From Poseidonia sp. (GTDB taxonomy: Archaea > Thermoplasmatota > Poseidoniia > Poseidoniales > Poseidoniaceae), in contig JBMYQB010000005.1 in assembly GCA_049600935.1 (NCBI GenBank), positions 1,436 through 65,435 of the forward strand: a stretch of 64,000 nucleotides of DNA, in the 5' to 3' direction. Both the position numbers and the translations under genes were made by a program. The notes beneath the pieces were generated by a model. It had not been told where the DNA came from and did no database searches. It saw only the letters and a program-made list of their open reading frames with translations. Of the stretch, positions 1 to 9,462 are shown one piece after another (the stretch's first letter is position 1; the number at the start of each line of letters is the position of its first letter).

Positions 1-389
1 ATGAATACGAAAAAATCGTCGCTGCTGCTTTGGCCGTTGACGGCATTATTGAGCGAGAAGCTGCAAAGAACGGTTTGATTCACGTTGACGGAAAGAAGGA
101 ATTTGCTTTGGGAGCGAACCGCGAGGTCGTGTTGGTGGACACCTTTGGGACCCTTGATGAGGATCGTTGGTGGGATGCTGAAGCCTATGCGAATGGGGAA
201 TGCATTGAACTCTCAAAGGAATTTGTCCGCACGCATTACATCGAGACGGGTCACCAAGCAGAACTGCAAGTGGCTCGTGATGCTGGGACCGAAGACCCAC
301 CCATTCCCGCCCTTCCTCAATCCGTGATTGACGAAACGGCAGCGTTGTACGCATCGATGTACGAGCGATTGACCTCACAGTCGTTTTGA
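1..389 (+). CDS. purC: SAICAR synthetase (phosphoribosylaminoimidazole-succinocarboxamide synthase), C-terminal fragment; 5' end cut by the window edge
   Basis: The reading frame is open from the window edge. The C-terminal sequence GLIHVDGKKEFALG..VVLVDTFGTLDEDRWWD..LSKEFVRTHY matches the long-form PurC pattern (fxxG..vLiDE..TPDSSRfW..DKq.vR). Confidence 0.75.
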   Translation, partial: EYEKIVAAALAVDGIIEREAAKNGLIHVDGKKEFALGANREVVLVDTFGTLDEDRWWDAEAYANGECIELSKEFVRTHYIETGHQAELQVARDAGTEDPPIPALPQSVIDETAALYASMYERLTSQSF

Positions 390-390
390 A

Positions 391-1089
391 TCAGCGGTGG
401 GTCCTGAGAGCAAGACCCACGCGACGACGTTCGGCCGCTTTGAGTAACGTCGTGAAGTGTTTTGCAACATCGGCCACACCTCCGTCAAGAGGTTCATCGT
501 ACGATGCGGTCCACGCACGGCTTGCGAGATGTTTTCGCACATCTCGTACCTCATCGGCCGATAGGAATCCGTGAATCTGCATGCCACCGAACCCATCCTC
601 AAACATTGAATGGCCTCTTGCCTGTTCCTCACATCCATGGGCTAATTGGTTCAATCGTTCCATGAGTTCATCGTAAATCACCTGGCCATCGTGGTCGGTG
701 ATGCTTCGGTTTGGTCGAATGTATTCCAGAAAGTATCCCAAGGCTGAACCGTCTCCGTGCGGGAATCGACCGAATCGTTCACGTGTCAAGGTTTCACCGA
801 GGGGTAAAGGACGACCATCGGTGTTCAACTCAGCGCAAGTCGTGAAGAGAAGCATGGCCGGGTCCCAACCGATGCTGCTGAAGTTCTCAGGCTCAACGAC
901 GCCTTGTTCTTTGAGGCGACGTCGCAGCGATTCCTGAGCCTCAACGAGTCCTTCCCACTGAGTTGTGTCCCCATGTTGGGCCGCTTCAATCGCAGACATT
1001 ACCTGAGCCGCCAACCCTCCGTTAAACGCGTCCAGCGTGAAGAACGCTGTGGTGGAGGCTTGTGTTGCTTCGTCCATGGATTCCGCCAA
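391..1089 (-). CDS. hypothetical protein (232 aa, soluble, no recognised motif)
   Basis: Long ORF that fills the gap between purC and the giant gene. Its stop lies 1 nt from the purC stop. I recognise no family. Confidence 0.5.
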   Translation of the reverse strand: MAESMDEATQASTTAFFTLDAFNGGLAAQVMSAIEAAQHGDTTQWEGLVEAQESLRRRLKEQGVVEPENFSSIGWDPAMLLFTTCAELNTDGRPLPLGETLTRERFGRFPHGDGSALGYFLEYIRPNRSITDHDGQVIYDELMERLNQLAHGCEEQARGHSMFEDGFGGMQIHGFLSADEVRDVRKHLASRAWTASYDEPLDGGVADVAKHFTTLLKAAERRRVGLALRTHR

Positions 1090-1123
1090 CCCTTGGACAG
1101 ATTAAGGCCTTGCTTTTTGCTGG

Positions 1124-4100
1124 TCACTTACCGCCGAAAAAATCCTTCATCCGATCTTCAAGGCTGCCCTCACGGGCTGGGGCATCATCCGTCCCCATTT
1201 CCTCACGCAGGCTCGCGAGTCGACCGCTCGCAGATGCGTCGGTTTCTTCCTCCTCAATTTCTTGAATCGATTCAATCACTTCAATGGTGGATTCGAGCGC
1301 TGCTATGTTCTGTTCATCCTCAACCTCTGGTACCTCTTCGCCCTGGTCCTCGGTATCGGGCTGGATTTGGATGTCATCCACGGGCTCAGAAGAGGGAGTC
1401 TGGTTTGAATCGGTTTGCGTCGAAGCGGTGTTTTCTGAGCGCTTCCTACCAACCGGTTTGAGTTGCTTTGTTGGGGATTGAAGAACACCGAGGAGCCACG
1501 ATAGCGCCAAGACCAATCCTGCTACACCCACAATCCATCCCACATCGTTGGTGGATACGGCGAGGACGCTTTCTGTTTTGTAGTACGAACTCATGGAATT
1601 ATCCTCAGGGTCGTCGTCGATGTCAAATGGTACGCTGCACCCAAGCGTTGCGGTTATCTTCTCATCTCGCTCGATACTCTTTGGATTTTCAATGAAGACC
1701 AGCGGAGCGTATTCTGAATAAGCGATGTCAACGATGTAGGTCGTTGACCAACCGCCAGCGGCCTCAACCCTCAACTCGCACACCGCTTCTGAGAGTAAGG
1801 TGTAACCGCTCCGTTTGATGCCAACCGTGATGTCGCCGTCGGTGGTCAAGGAACTGATGCCAATGTTCCAACCGGTTTCTCGTGCTATGGCCTCTTCCTG
1901 AACGGTTTCGAGTTCACGACCGTATTGATCGTAGGCACTCAATTCAATCGTGAACAGTCCTGCATCTGGGTCCCAATTCACCACGCTGATGTTCACAGTT
2001 TCCGAGGTTCCTGCTGATATCTCGTAAACGTCCTTGTCAAGTTCAATGCGTTCTCCGGAACTCGTGACCGAGGTGAACACGACTTTGAGCGGTTCGTGTT
2101 CGCCAGCCTCCATGGTACACGAAGCAACAGGACCGTCAAGTGTTGCTTGGCCGAGCGAATCAAACACGTTGCCAATGTAAGTGCACGAGACGGCACTGTT
2201 TGGGTATTGACGGGCAACGACGTAGATGGAGAGATTTCCATTCTCGTTCTGCGTGGAAAAACTGATGAGGTGTTCGCCGGTGTTAGATGGTTGGTCAAAG
2301 GTCAACATGTTGTCGTTCGTCAAGGTTGGAAGGTCACCATCAAACACGACGGTATCGTTACCCTCAACAGCAAAGGACAGGCTCTGTTGGCTTCCAACAA
2401 ATCCATCAAAGACAGGACTTTGAGTGAACACCACTGCGCTGTATCCAACTTCAATATTGTGAGACAAAATTCCCAGCAACGGATGGTTGACGTTCACGGT
2501 GAGGAGGAAACGCTGTTGATTCCACGTGCTTGATGGGAGCAGGGACAATGGCAAGCCTGTGACCTCACCCGGTGCGAGAATGACCTGTGTTCCTTGGGTC
2601 GTTGACCAACCTTCGGGTAGGCCGTCCACATCAACGGTGAGCATGGCAATATCGTTTCCCCTGTTTTCTATCCACGCGGTTGGGAAACCCCCCATGTCAT
2701 TGACATTCCATGTTCCTCTGTGGTCGATGACGATGTTTGGAGATGCTCCAACACGCACCGGAATTTCCTCGACCACGAGCCCGCTGGTGTCGTTCCCTGT
2801 GATCCTAATTCGAAGGACACCGACTTCACCAGCAACGGCGTCCGTTGGCGGTTGAACATGAACATCGAAGGTCGTTGTCGCAAACGGTGCGACATCCTCG
2901 GCGTCATCTGGTAGGGTGATATTCCAACCTGCGCCAGCTTTTGCAAAATACGGCCGCTCGTAGGCGTTTCCGGTATGAACGAGTTCAAACGTGAGATTTT
3001 CACCTGCCGGGTCGACTTCGAGATCGGCATCGGTCAAATTCAATCGCCATCCAGATACGGCATCTACATTGACCAGAAGCGATGTTTGTCCGATGCTGTA
3101 CCCGTTTACTAGATGTTCAAGGGTGATGTTCACCATCGTAGTTGCCCATGCATTGTTCGGCACATCGATGGAGAAGTTGACGTGGACCGTGCCGTTGATT
3201 TCAACCGACGCCGTCTCAACAGAGGTTGCGGTCCACGCAGAAGTATCCTGGTCAAAGGCGTGGATTTGCAAGAGGGGGTTAAGCGTCAGTTCATCGGCTG
3301 CATTACCCAAATTCGTGAGATTGAATCCGAAGGTCAACACATCACCCGGTTGGCCAGACGCTTCTGTTCCGTTGGTGGCTACAACCGCCCATTCATGGCT
3401 GGGAGCCGCTTGAACAGGGACCAAGATGCTGTCAAAAACACCGTCACCACCCAGCGAGGTCCATGTAAAGATGATGTCAAACGGCGTAAGGGCTGGGACC
3501 TCTTCCGACAACATGACATCCACCGTGCCAATACCGGTTGAGCGGGCGCCAAGCGTTTTCTGCGGGTCGAAATAGGTGAAACTCACCTCGGGGTTGAACG
3601 ATGGGTCCGCTGTCTCAACAGATGCCGTGAGGTCAAAGGTATCCTGTCCATTACCTGGGTTCTCGAGGAAGAGCAAGAATCGGTGTGCTTCGCTGACGTT
3701 GAGCGAAAGGGGTTGCCCTGGCGGAGGGGGCGTAGGTTCGATGAGGTTGAGATTGGCTCTGAAGACTTGCAGGACCTGCAGGCTGATGTTGATGGTGGCA
3801 TCCGCATCGTTGGCGTCGACATCAGAAAATGCGTGTCGCTTGGGTACGGGATTTTGGGGGAGTTGGAGCATAAGGTCCCCGCTAATGAGATTGCCCGGCG
3901 TGCCATGTGCCTCAAGGTTGGTTCCGTTGATGCTGAAATCACCTGTGGCCGACCATACCCAGTCCGGTTGGAGCATGTCCATGCTGCTCATGCTCCATTG
4001 GGCCGTGCCGGAAGACGGCGCTATCCCCTCAAAAGACCAGGTCAGTAGGGTGTCTGGAAGCGACCGGTGGTGGGTGGGCGTTGCAACAAATTTTTGCGCA

Positions 4101-6877
4101 GTGAAGGTGAACGGCATGGATTCACAAAGTGCATCTTCTCCGCTTCCCATGCACAGCGTGAGTGTGGTTTGGGTCGATGAGCCATAACTCACCGAGCCAG
4201 GGGTTGGAAGGTGTGCGAACAGCTCTTTTGATTCACCCGGGGCCAGGGTTATGCTGAACAGTTCTTGCCCGGAATGGTCGTGTATGGAGGGGGATCCTCC
4301 CCATGAGGGAGCCGTCCACGTGATGGAAGTGGTGGATTCAGCCGCATTTCCAAGGTTCTCCACCATGAACCACGCCTTTGCTGTTTGACCGGGACGACCC
4401 TGCCCTGCGGATGTGTTCATTCCTGTTGCTCCGGTCAGGTCGAGACCTCGGGTCCGGAACACATCTAGTTGAATGTCCATGGTCGTGTTGACGCTTGGGT
4501 CAGACACGAGCGACAGCAGGAAGGAAACGGTGCCTGATGCATCACCCAGCGCTGTTGAGGGTACGGTGGCATCGAACACCACCGATTGGACCACGTCGGG
4601 TGTCAGTTCAGGTGTCAAGTCTTGATTGGCTGCACTTTCAAAGGTCCAATCGTCTGGTAGATTTGAGGTGTCGTAGGTGAGGGACCATGTTGCGGTGCGT
4701 GAACCGGTTGCCATGAGTTCAACGGAGACTTGCTGCGAGGTGCCTGGCGGTATGCGGGGCGTCTCCAGCGGGCCGGTCATTTCAGCGAGATAGGGTTCAA
4801 CGACGCTGAAGGAGGCCGATGCCCTGTTGTTGTCTTCTCGCTGCTCTGTAATGTTCTGATTGACATCAAGCACCAACTCAAATTCATGCACGCCTAACTC
4901 AGCCACGAACTCAGCCGTAAAGGTGAGCGGGCCACCTTCTCCAGAGGGTGCAACGGGTTCACTGGATGTGAAACGTTCTCGGGTCAATTCAACACCGTTC
5001 ATGATGATGGCTGCATCAATATCTTCGTCGGCTTCTCCTGTGCCGACGTTAGCAAACTGTCCGGTGACGGTGACCGTATCGCCCGGGTCGGCTTGGGCTG
5101 GATTGAACGAAAGTCCCCGGTTATCCAAGGACGGCGCAAGGTCGGGACCCTGGTTGGAAACCAACGTGTCGCCATACAGCACATCGAGGTGGCCGTCGCC
5201 GTCAACGTCACCGAGGGCTGGGGCCGTCCACACTCGATGAGGCATGCTGAGGGGTGTTGACCATGCAGTATTGATGTCAGCTGAGGCTCCCGTGTCCCCG
5301 TCAAAGGCCCAGAACCGACGGCCAAAGCCAACCAGAACCTCGGGGGTCCCTTCTCCGTCAATGTCCAACCAAAACGGGGGAGAGGCTGCGATTTCATCGT
5401 TGTCGTTACCAGCACCTCGTTGCAAGTCTCGAGTCCACTCCGTAACCGGTGTGCTGTCTGAAATGTCGGTGCAACCGAGCATGCCTTTTCGGTTGAAACT
5501 GACCGTGGATTCAGAATACCAGGTGACCCAGCACAATCGGTCGTCGATGCCGTCATCATCGGTATCGATGGCCAACGGCTGTGCGTCAGCATAGCCGTTC
5601 TGCGCTCGGAAATTGAACAGTTCAGTGGTTGACGTCAACTCCATGCCGATGAACCGTGCCCCACTTCCAGATTGACGTCCGTTGGCGTCGGTGGGGACGG
5701 TCAAGATCATTTCTGGAGCACTGTCCTGGTCCAACTGAACAATGACAGGCCCGGGCAACCTCAGCCGTGGAGAGTCGGAATCCGTATCCGTCCCTTGGAC
5801 GGCGACCCTTTCCCAGTCGAGTGAGCCGGTTCCGCCGTCAATTTTCCAAACCCACATGTTACCGGAATCTCCGTCGATTGTGGTGAGCAAGACGGACGTT
5901 GTACTGCCGTCCAACTGCGCCCAAACGGGGTCGGATGGATGGGTGCCTCGGTCAAGGGTGATGCTCCAGTCCTCTTGCGAAGGTTGTGCGTTGGTGAGGG
6001 TGTAGGCGTTCACCTTGACGAGTGGATTGTTGTTCGGGTCGTCGACCACAGCTAACACCAATTCCGGTGTCCCGTCAAGTTCCAGGTCCGCAAGCAACGG
6101 TTGCGTGACCGCTTTGTGGTCGCTGTTGGCCGTGGCAAAATGAGGCGAAGGCGATCCAATCCGGACATCAGCATCGCTGTAGGACCAAACCAGTTCATTG
6201 CTGTGGCCTGATGTTTGCCAGTTTGATTCTGTGCACGTGAGACGAGGCGACCACACATCGATGTTGAGCGCACTTTGCGTATCGTAGACCACCACAATTT
6301 CTGGATGTTCATCACCATCGATGTCGTGAATCATGGGAGTGGAGCGTATGGCTTCGGTGGTGCCGAGGCTAACCCGCCACGCAATTTTCGCATCGTTTCC
6401 TGAGACGATGTTAAGGAAGCTTTCACGTGAACCGTCAGAGAGTTCACTGGAAATCATCACGGGGAAGAGCGTGCCAGCGCCGCAGCGTTCCAGTGCAGCC
6501 TCCGAGGCGCTCACACTGGCAGAAAAATCCCCGATGACCGAGCCATATGCGTCACTCTCGGATTGGTCGGTGAATACCTGCCAGTTGACAACAGGGTGCT
6601 CCAATGTCCCCAGCGTTGACACGTTGTCGACGCTCCCTTCTCCGGGTCCGCCGTCAGGCCCGTGTGCGGGAACCGTTTGGTTGTGCGTTGGCGTTCGAGC
6701 GTACTGAGGCCACGGTTGATCGTGGCCTTCCCACGTTGTTCCCGTGTGTTTCGGGTTGTGTTCATCCAAGAGCGTAGGCGGAGGAGCCAGCGGTGTTATC
6801 AAGACACCAATCATCAACAGGGCCATCAACAGGGCAGGGTAGTTACGCCCTGCCGTATGGTCTCGCCCTGTGGACAT
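1124..6877 (-). CDS. giant cell-surface protein (1917 aa) with an FG-GAP/VCBS-like beta-propeller, a CARDB-like module, many Ig-like segments, a C-terminal TM anchor and an acidic tail
   Basis: N-terminal hydrophobic segment ALLMALLMIGVLITPLAPPP. Repeated Ca-binding blade motifs: DIDGDEHPEIVVVYD, DLELDGTPELVLAV, DIDGEGTPEVLVGFG, DVDGDGHLDVLYGD. CARDB-like stretch: DTVTVTGQFANVGTGEA...DVNQNITEQREDNN. Dense N-x-S/T sequons. TM helix VGWIVGVAGLVLALSWLLGVL, followed by a D/E-rich tail of about 120 aa. GGTGA lies 6 nt upstream of the ATG. Confidence 0.85.
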   Translation of the reverse strand: MSTGRDHTAGRNYPALLMALLMIGVLITPLAPPPTLLDEHNPKHTGTTWEGHDQPWPQYARTPTHNQTVPAHGPDGGPGEGSVDNVSTLGTLEHPVVNWQVFTDQSESDAYGSVIGDFSASVSASEAALERCGAGTLFPVMISSELSDGSRESFLNIVSGNDAKIAWRVSLGTTEAIRSTPMIHDIDGDEHPEIVVVYDTQSALNIDVWSPRLTCTESNWQTSGHSNELVWSYSDADVRIGSPSPHFATANSDHKAVTQPLLADLELDGTPELVLAVVDDPNNNPLVKVNAYTLTNAQPSQEDWSITLDRGTHPSDPVWAQLDGSTTSVLLTTIDGDSGNMWVWKIDGGTGSLDWERVAVQGTDTDSDSPRLRLPGPVIVQLDQDSAPEMILTVPTDANGRQSGSGARFIGMELTSTTELFNFRAQNGYADAQPLAIDTDDDGIDDRLCWVTWYSESTVSFNRKGMLGCTDISDSTPVTEWTRDLQRGAGNDNDEIAASPPFWLDIDGEGTPEVLVGFGRRFWAFDGDTGASADINTAWSTPLSMPHRVWTAPALGDVDGDGHLDVLYGDTLVSNQGPDLAPSLDNRGLSFNPAQADPGDTVTVTGQFANVGTGEADEDIDAAIIMNGVELTRERFTSSEPVAPSGEGGPLTFTAEFVAELGVHEFELVLDVNQNITEQREDNNRASASFSVVEPYLAEMTGPLETPRIPPGTSQQVSVELMATGSRTATWSLTYDTSNLPDDWTFESAANQDLTPELTPDVVQSVVFDATVPSTALGDASGTVSFLLSLVSDPSVNTTMDIQLDVFRTRGLDLTGATGMNTSAGQGRPGQTAKAWFMVENLGNAAESTTSITWTAPSWGGSPSIHDHSGQELFSITLAPGESKELFAHLPTPGSVSYGSSTQTTLTLCMGSGEDALCESMPFTFTAQKFVATPTHHRSLPDTLLTWSFEGIAPSSGTAQWSMSSMDMLQPDWVWSATGDFSINGTNLEAHGTPGNLISGDLMLQLPQNPVPKRHAFSDVDANDADATINISLQVLQVFRANLNLIEPTPPPPGQPLSLNVSEAHRFLLFLENPGNGQDTFDLTASVETADPSFNPEVSFTYFDPQKTLGARSTGIGTVDVMLSEEVPALTPFDIIFTWTSLGGDGVFDSILVPVQAAPSHEWAVVATNGTEASGQPGDVLTFGFNLTNLGNAADELTLNPLLQIHAFDQDTSAWTATSVETASVEINGTVHVNFSIDVPNNAWATTMVNITLEHLVNGYSIGQTSLLVNVDAVSGWRLNLTDADLEVDPAGENLTFELVHTGNAYERPYFAKAGAGWNITLPDDAEDVAPFATTTFDVHVQPPTDAVAGEVGVLRIRITGNDTSGLVVEEIPVRVGASPNIVIDHRGTWNVNDMGGFPTAWIENRGNDIAMLTVDVDGLPEGWSTTQGTQVILAPGEVTGLPLSLLPSSTWNQQRFLLTVNVNHPLLGILSHNIEVGYSAVVFTQSPVFDGFVGSQQSLSFAVEGNDTVVFDGDLPTLTNDNMLTFDQPSNTGEHLISFSTQNENGNLSIYVVARQYPNSAVSCTYIGNVFDSLGQATLDGPVASCTMEAGEHEPLKVVFTSVTSSGERIELDKDVYEISAGTSETVNISVVNWDPDAGLFTIELSAYDQYGRELETVQEEAIARETGWNIGISSLTTDGDITVGIKRSGYTLLSEAVCELRVEAAGGWSTTYIVDIAYSEYAPLVFIENPKSIERDEKITATLGCSVPFDIDDDPEDNSMSSYYKTESVLAVSTNDVGWIVGVAGLVLALSWLLGVLQSPTKQLKPVGRKRSENTASTQTDSNQTPSSEPVDDIQIQPDTEDQGEEVPEVEDEQNIAALESTIEVIESIQEIEEEETDASASGRLASLREEMGTDDAPAREGSLEDRMKDFFGGK

Positions 6878-7143
6878 TGTGCATCACCGTCTTCGGGGGG
6901 TTGTTATTGCTTATGGCTCCTTCAACATCTAAAACCCCTTTTCATGCCTGCTTCAACAACGCCGTAATCGCAACCTTGAGGCGTGGCGGTGGCTGTTTGA
7001 ATCCGCTTGAATTAAATAGGGGCCGTCGGTGGACAGAATGACTTCGGTCGCATTCTCTCCTGAGGGTTCACCGGTGAAGGACGGAAAAGTCGCTTGACTG
7101 CCCGTCTTCATCGTGCCTCTTGAGAACGCAAAGAGGTGAAAAA

Positions 7144-7698
7144 ATGTACAAGGTCGTAACCAAGGAAGACACCATCCGCATCCCAGCGGAATACATGCGC
7201 AAAGGTCAGTCTCTTGACCAGCACATTGACCGTTTGTCAATGGATGCTTTTGAGGGTAAATTCGATGCTGAAAATCGCTTTGTTCTCGTGACCAACAATC
7301 ACAAAACCATCGGCCGAGGGCGTATTATTCACGGCGATGGTGCCATTTACCAGCGTGTTCAATTCGACGCCGTTCTTTTCTGCATGGACGACCAAGAAGT
7401 CGTTGAGGGTGCCGTCTCCGAAGTGAACGAATTTGGTGCCTTCGTTCGAATCGGCCCCATGGAAGCCCTTCTCCACAAATCGCAAATCATGGATGAACCC
7501 GTTGACATCAACATCGGTGCCAACAAAATCACAGGACGCCAAACCGGTCGTGAATTGTCCATTGGTTCCTTTGTCCGAGCCCGAATCGTTTCCCTTTCGC
7601 CCGATACCTCTGACCCACGTCGTTCAAAGATTGGATTGACGAGCAAGCAAGACGGCCTTGGTTCTCCGGGTTGGAAGAAAAACGGAGGCGGTGAGTGA
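7144..7698 (+). CDS. rpo7: DNA-directed RNA polymerase subunit E' (Rpo7), S1-domain protein
   Basis: MYKVVTKEDTIRIPAEY..., S1-like VEGAVSEVNEFGAFVRIGPMEALLHKSQI. GAGGTGA lies 4 nt upstream of the ATG at 7144 (the ORF track begins at 7120). First gene of the conserved rpoE'-spt4-S24e-S27ae order. Confidence 0.9.
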   Translation: MYKVVTKEDTIRIPAEYMRKGQSLDQHIDRLSMDAFEGKFDAENRFVLVTNNHKTIGRGRIIHGDGAIYQRVQFDAVLFCMDDQEVVEGAVSEVNEFGAFVRIGPMEALLHKSQIMDEPVDINIGANKITGRQTGRELSIGSFVRARIVSLSPDTSDPRRSKIGLTSKQDGLGSPGWKKNGGGE

Positions 7699-7700
7699 AG

Positions 7701-7904
7701 ATGGTGAAGAATCCCTTTGCCTGCGGCGAATGCCATTTGGTTCTCAACGACGGTGTTGACCAATGTCCACGCCACCCGTCTGCCAATGTATCCTCTGACT
7801 GGACTGGCTACGTTATCATCATTCAGCCCGAGCGCTCGGAAATCGCTGAGCGACTCAAAGTGGAACAACCCGGCAAATATGCTTTGAAAGTGAACATCCG
7901 ATGA
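7701..7904 (+). CDS. spt4: transcription elongation factor Spt4 (RpoE'')
   Basis: Zinc ribbon ACGECHLV...CPRHP, then SDWTGYVIIIQPERSEIAERLKV..PGKYALKV. The start is the ATG at 7701 or the GTG at 7695; the GTG option overlaps the rpo7 stop. Confidence 0.85.
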   Translation: MVKNPFACGECHLVLNDGVDQCPRHPSANVSSDWTGYVIIIQPERSEIAERLKVEQPGKYALKVNIR

Positions 7905-7914
7905 AGGTGAGATC

Positions 7915-8268
7915 ATGGAAATTAAAGAACGAACCGAAAACAAAATTCTGAACCGAGTTGAACTTTCATTCAGTTGGAAGCATGACACCAAATCCACGCC
8001 TTCCCGCAAGGAAGTCATCGACCTTGTTCAGACGCTCGAACCAGGTGCAAACCGAGACCTCATCGTCGTCAAGGACTGCTCCACCCGATTTGGGCAACCC
8101 CTCACCACGGGAACGGCTTACATCTATGGTTCACAAGAAGCGATGGCCGTTGAACCTGGCTACATTCACAAGCGACATGAGGATCTTCGAAGTTCCAGCG
8201 CCAGTGAAGCCTCTGCTGAAGAAGCTCCTGCAGAAGAGCCTACCAAAGAAGAAGGAGGCGATGAATGA
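7915..8268 (+). CDS. rps24e: 30S ribosomal protein S24e (eS24) with an acidic C-terminal tail
   Basis: [19 protein letters not shown]...[12 protein letters not shown]...[28 protein letters not shown] lies 4 nt upstream of the ATG. Confidence 0.9.
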   Translation: MEIKERTENKILNRVELSFSWKHDTKSTPSRKEVIDLVQTLEPGANRDLIVVKDCSTRFGQPLTTGTAYIYGSQEAMAVEPGYIHKRHEDLRSSSASEASAEEAPAEEPTKEEGGDE

Positions 8269-8435
8269 TGGGAGACGGACCAAATGCGAAGGCCAAGTGG
8301 TCAAAGTACAAGGTCGAAGACGGCAAACTTGTCCGTGCTGAGTGCTGCCCTGAATGTGGACCTGGTGTCTTTTTGGCCGTTCATGGCAACCGCAAATCAT
8401 GCGGTCGCTGTGGATACACGGTCATGAACGAATGA
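8265..8435 (+). CDS. rps27ae: 30S ribosomal protein S27ae (eS31), 56 aa; absent from the ORF track because it is under 60 aa
   Basis: My own translation: [57 protein letters not shown]-x2-C...C-x2-C zinc ribbon typical of S27ae. Its ATG overlaps the S24e stop (ATGA). Confidence 0.85.
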   Translation: MMGDGPNAKAKWSKYKVEDGKLVRAECCPECGPGVFLAVHGNRKSCGRCGYTVMNE

Positions 8436-8436
8436 T

Positions 8437-9387
8437 TCAGTTCTCGTCTTGAACGACGTTTTCGAACGGGCTTGACGCCCATGTCCCGTCGTTAAACAAC
8501 ACAAACGCGCCACCGCTAACAGGATGAATGTGTATGGGCAATTCATGCGTGGCTCGCCGGTCGAGATGATGGGGAGATATGACCACCTCTTCCCTCCATC
8601 CTGCGATACGCCACCCGTTGAATTCAACGTCCCATACAGCACCTTGAACCGGACCGCTGAGTTGTACTTGTTGAACCATCTCGCCGTTCTTGAGCCATGA
8701 AACGGTGCCGGTTGAAGAGCACATCAAATCCTCACCTTCATGGTTGAAATGATGTTCAATGGGTGCTTCAACGCCATCGATAAGATGTTCTTCAATCAGG
8801 TGACCGGTGTCAAGAGACCGTCGTTGAATTCGGCCTCCACGTGAGGTCAGGGTATAGGTCTCTTTGTGGACGTGAAGCGCTATGGTTTCTTCATTGCGTG
8901 GCCTCTTTTTCGGGTACCCCCATTCGGCTGGCGGCATTCGCCAGTGTTCCTGGGCGTTGGTGCCGATGCTGTAGATACCTCGTCTGTACAGGTCGAACAC
9001 CAACACGTCGCCTCGACCACCCATCGCCATCGGTTCGGCGTCAAGAGCGTGCGCCCAGGTTGTTCCAGCAGGGTAGTGTGTGGTTCGTGTTCCAATGGAT
9101 GTTCGTAATTCAGACCGCTGTTTCCCGTTCTCTGCCGTGCCCACAGGCATGGCCCCCATACACGCAAGGAGCAATTCTCTGTCCAACCATGTCGCGAAAA
9201 GTTGCCCCTCAGAGATGACCGCCTGTCGTATGCGCATGGGATGAGGGATGCTCACCTCTGTCTTCGGCATCATCGCTTGGTCCAACCAAAGCACTTCACC
9301 GTCCATGCCGGTGATGAGGGCCCCGCCTTCATGATGAACGATTAGATCGGGGAGAAAGGGAATGGCTGGCGGCAACCCCTCGTCCAT
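8437..9387 (-). CDS. hypothetical protein (316 aa), possibly beta-propeller-like
   Basis: ORF with a repeated strand-like pattern (GEVLWLD, GQLFATWLD, GDVLVFDLY, GTVSWLKNG, NGWRIAGW, GGAFVLFNDG). I recognise no family motif. Confidence 0.5.
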   Translation of the reverse strand: MDEGLPPAIPFLPDLIVHHEGGALITGMDGEVLWLDQAMMPKTEVSIPHPMRIRQAVISEGQLFATWLDRELLLACMGAMPVGTAENGKQRSELRTSIGTRTTHYPAGTTWAHALDAEPMAMGGRGDVLVFDLYRRGIYSIGTNAQEHWRMPPAEWGYPKKRPRNEETIALHVHKETYTLTSRGGRIQRRSLDTGHLIEEHLIDGVEAPIEHHFNHEGEDLMCSSTGTVSWLKNGEMVQQVQLSGPVQGAVWDVEFNGWRIAGWREEVVISPHHLDRRATHELPIHIHPVSGGAFVLFNDGTWASSPFENVVQDEN

Positions 9388-9462
9388 GGTTCATGAAGCG
9401 GCCGCCTGTATGTGAATGCTCGTCTGGGTCATCTCAAAATAGGACCCGCCCGAGATTCTGTC

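Noticed and set aside
2096-6005. Numerous 60-200-aa ORFs on both strands inside the 1917-aa gene (for example 3576-4187 +, 4999-5592 -)
   Set aside because: They are nested in or antisense to one uninterrupted 5.7-kb ORF with coherent domain content. This is typical shadow-ORF noise at this GC content.
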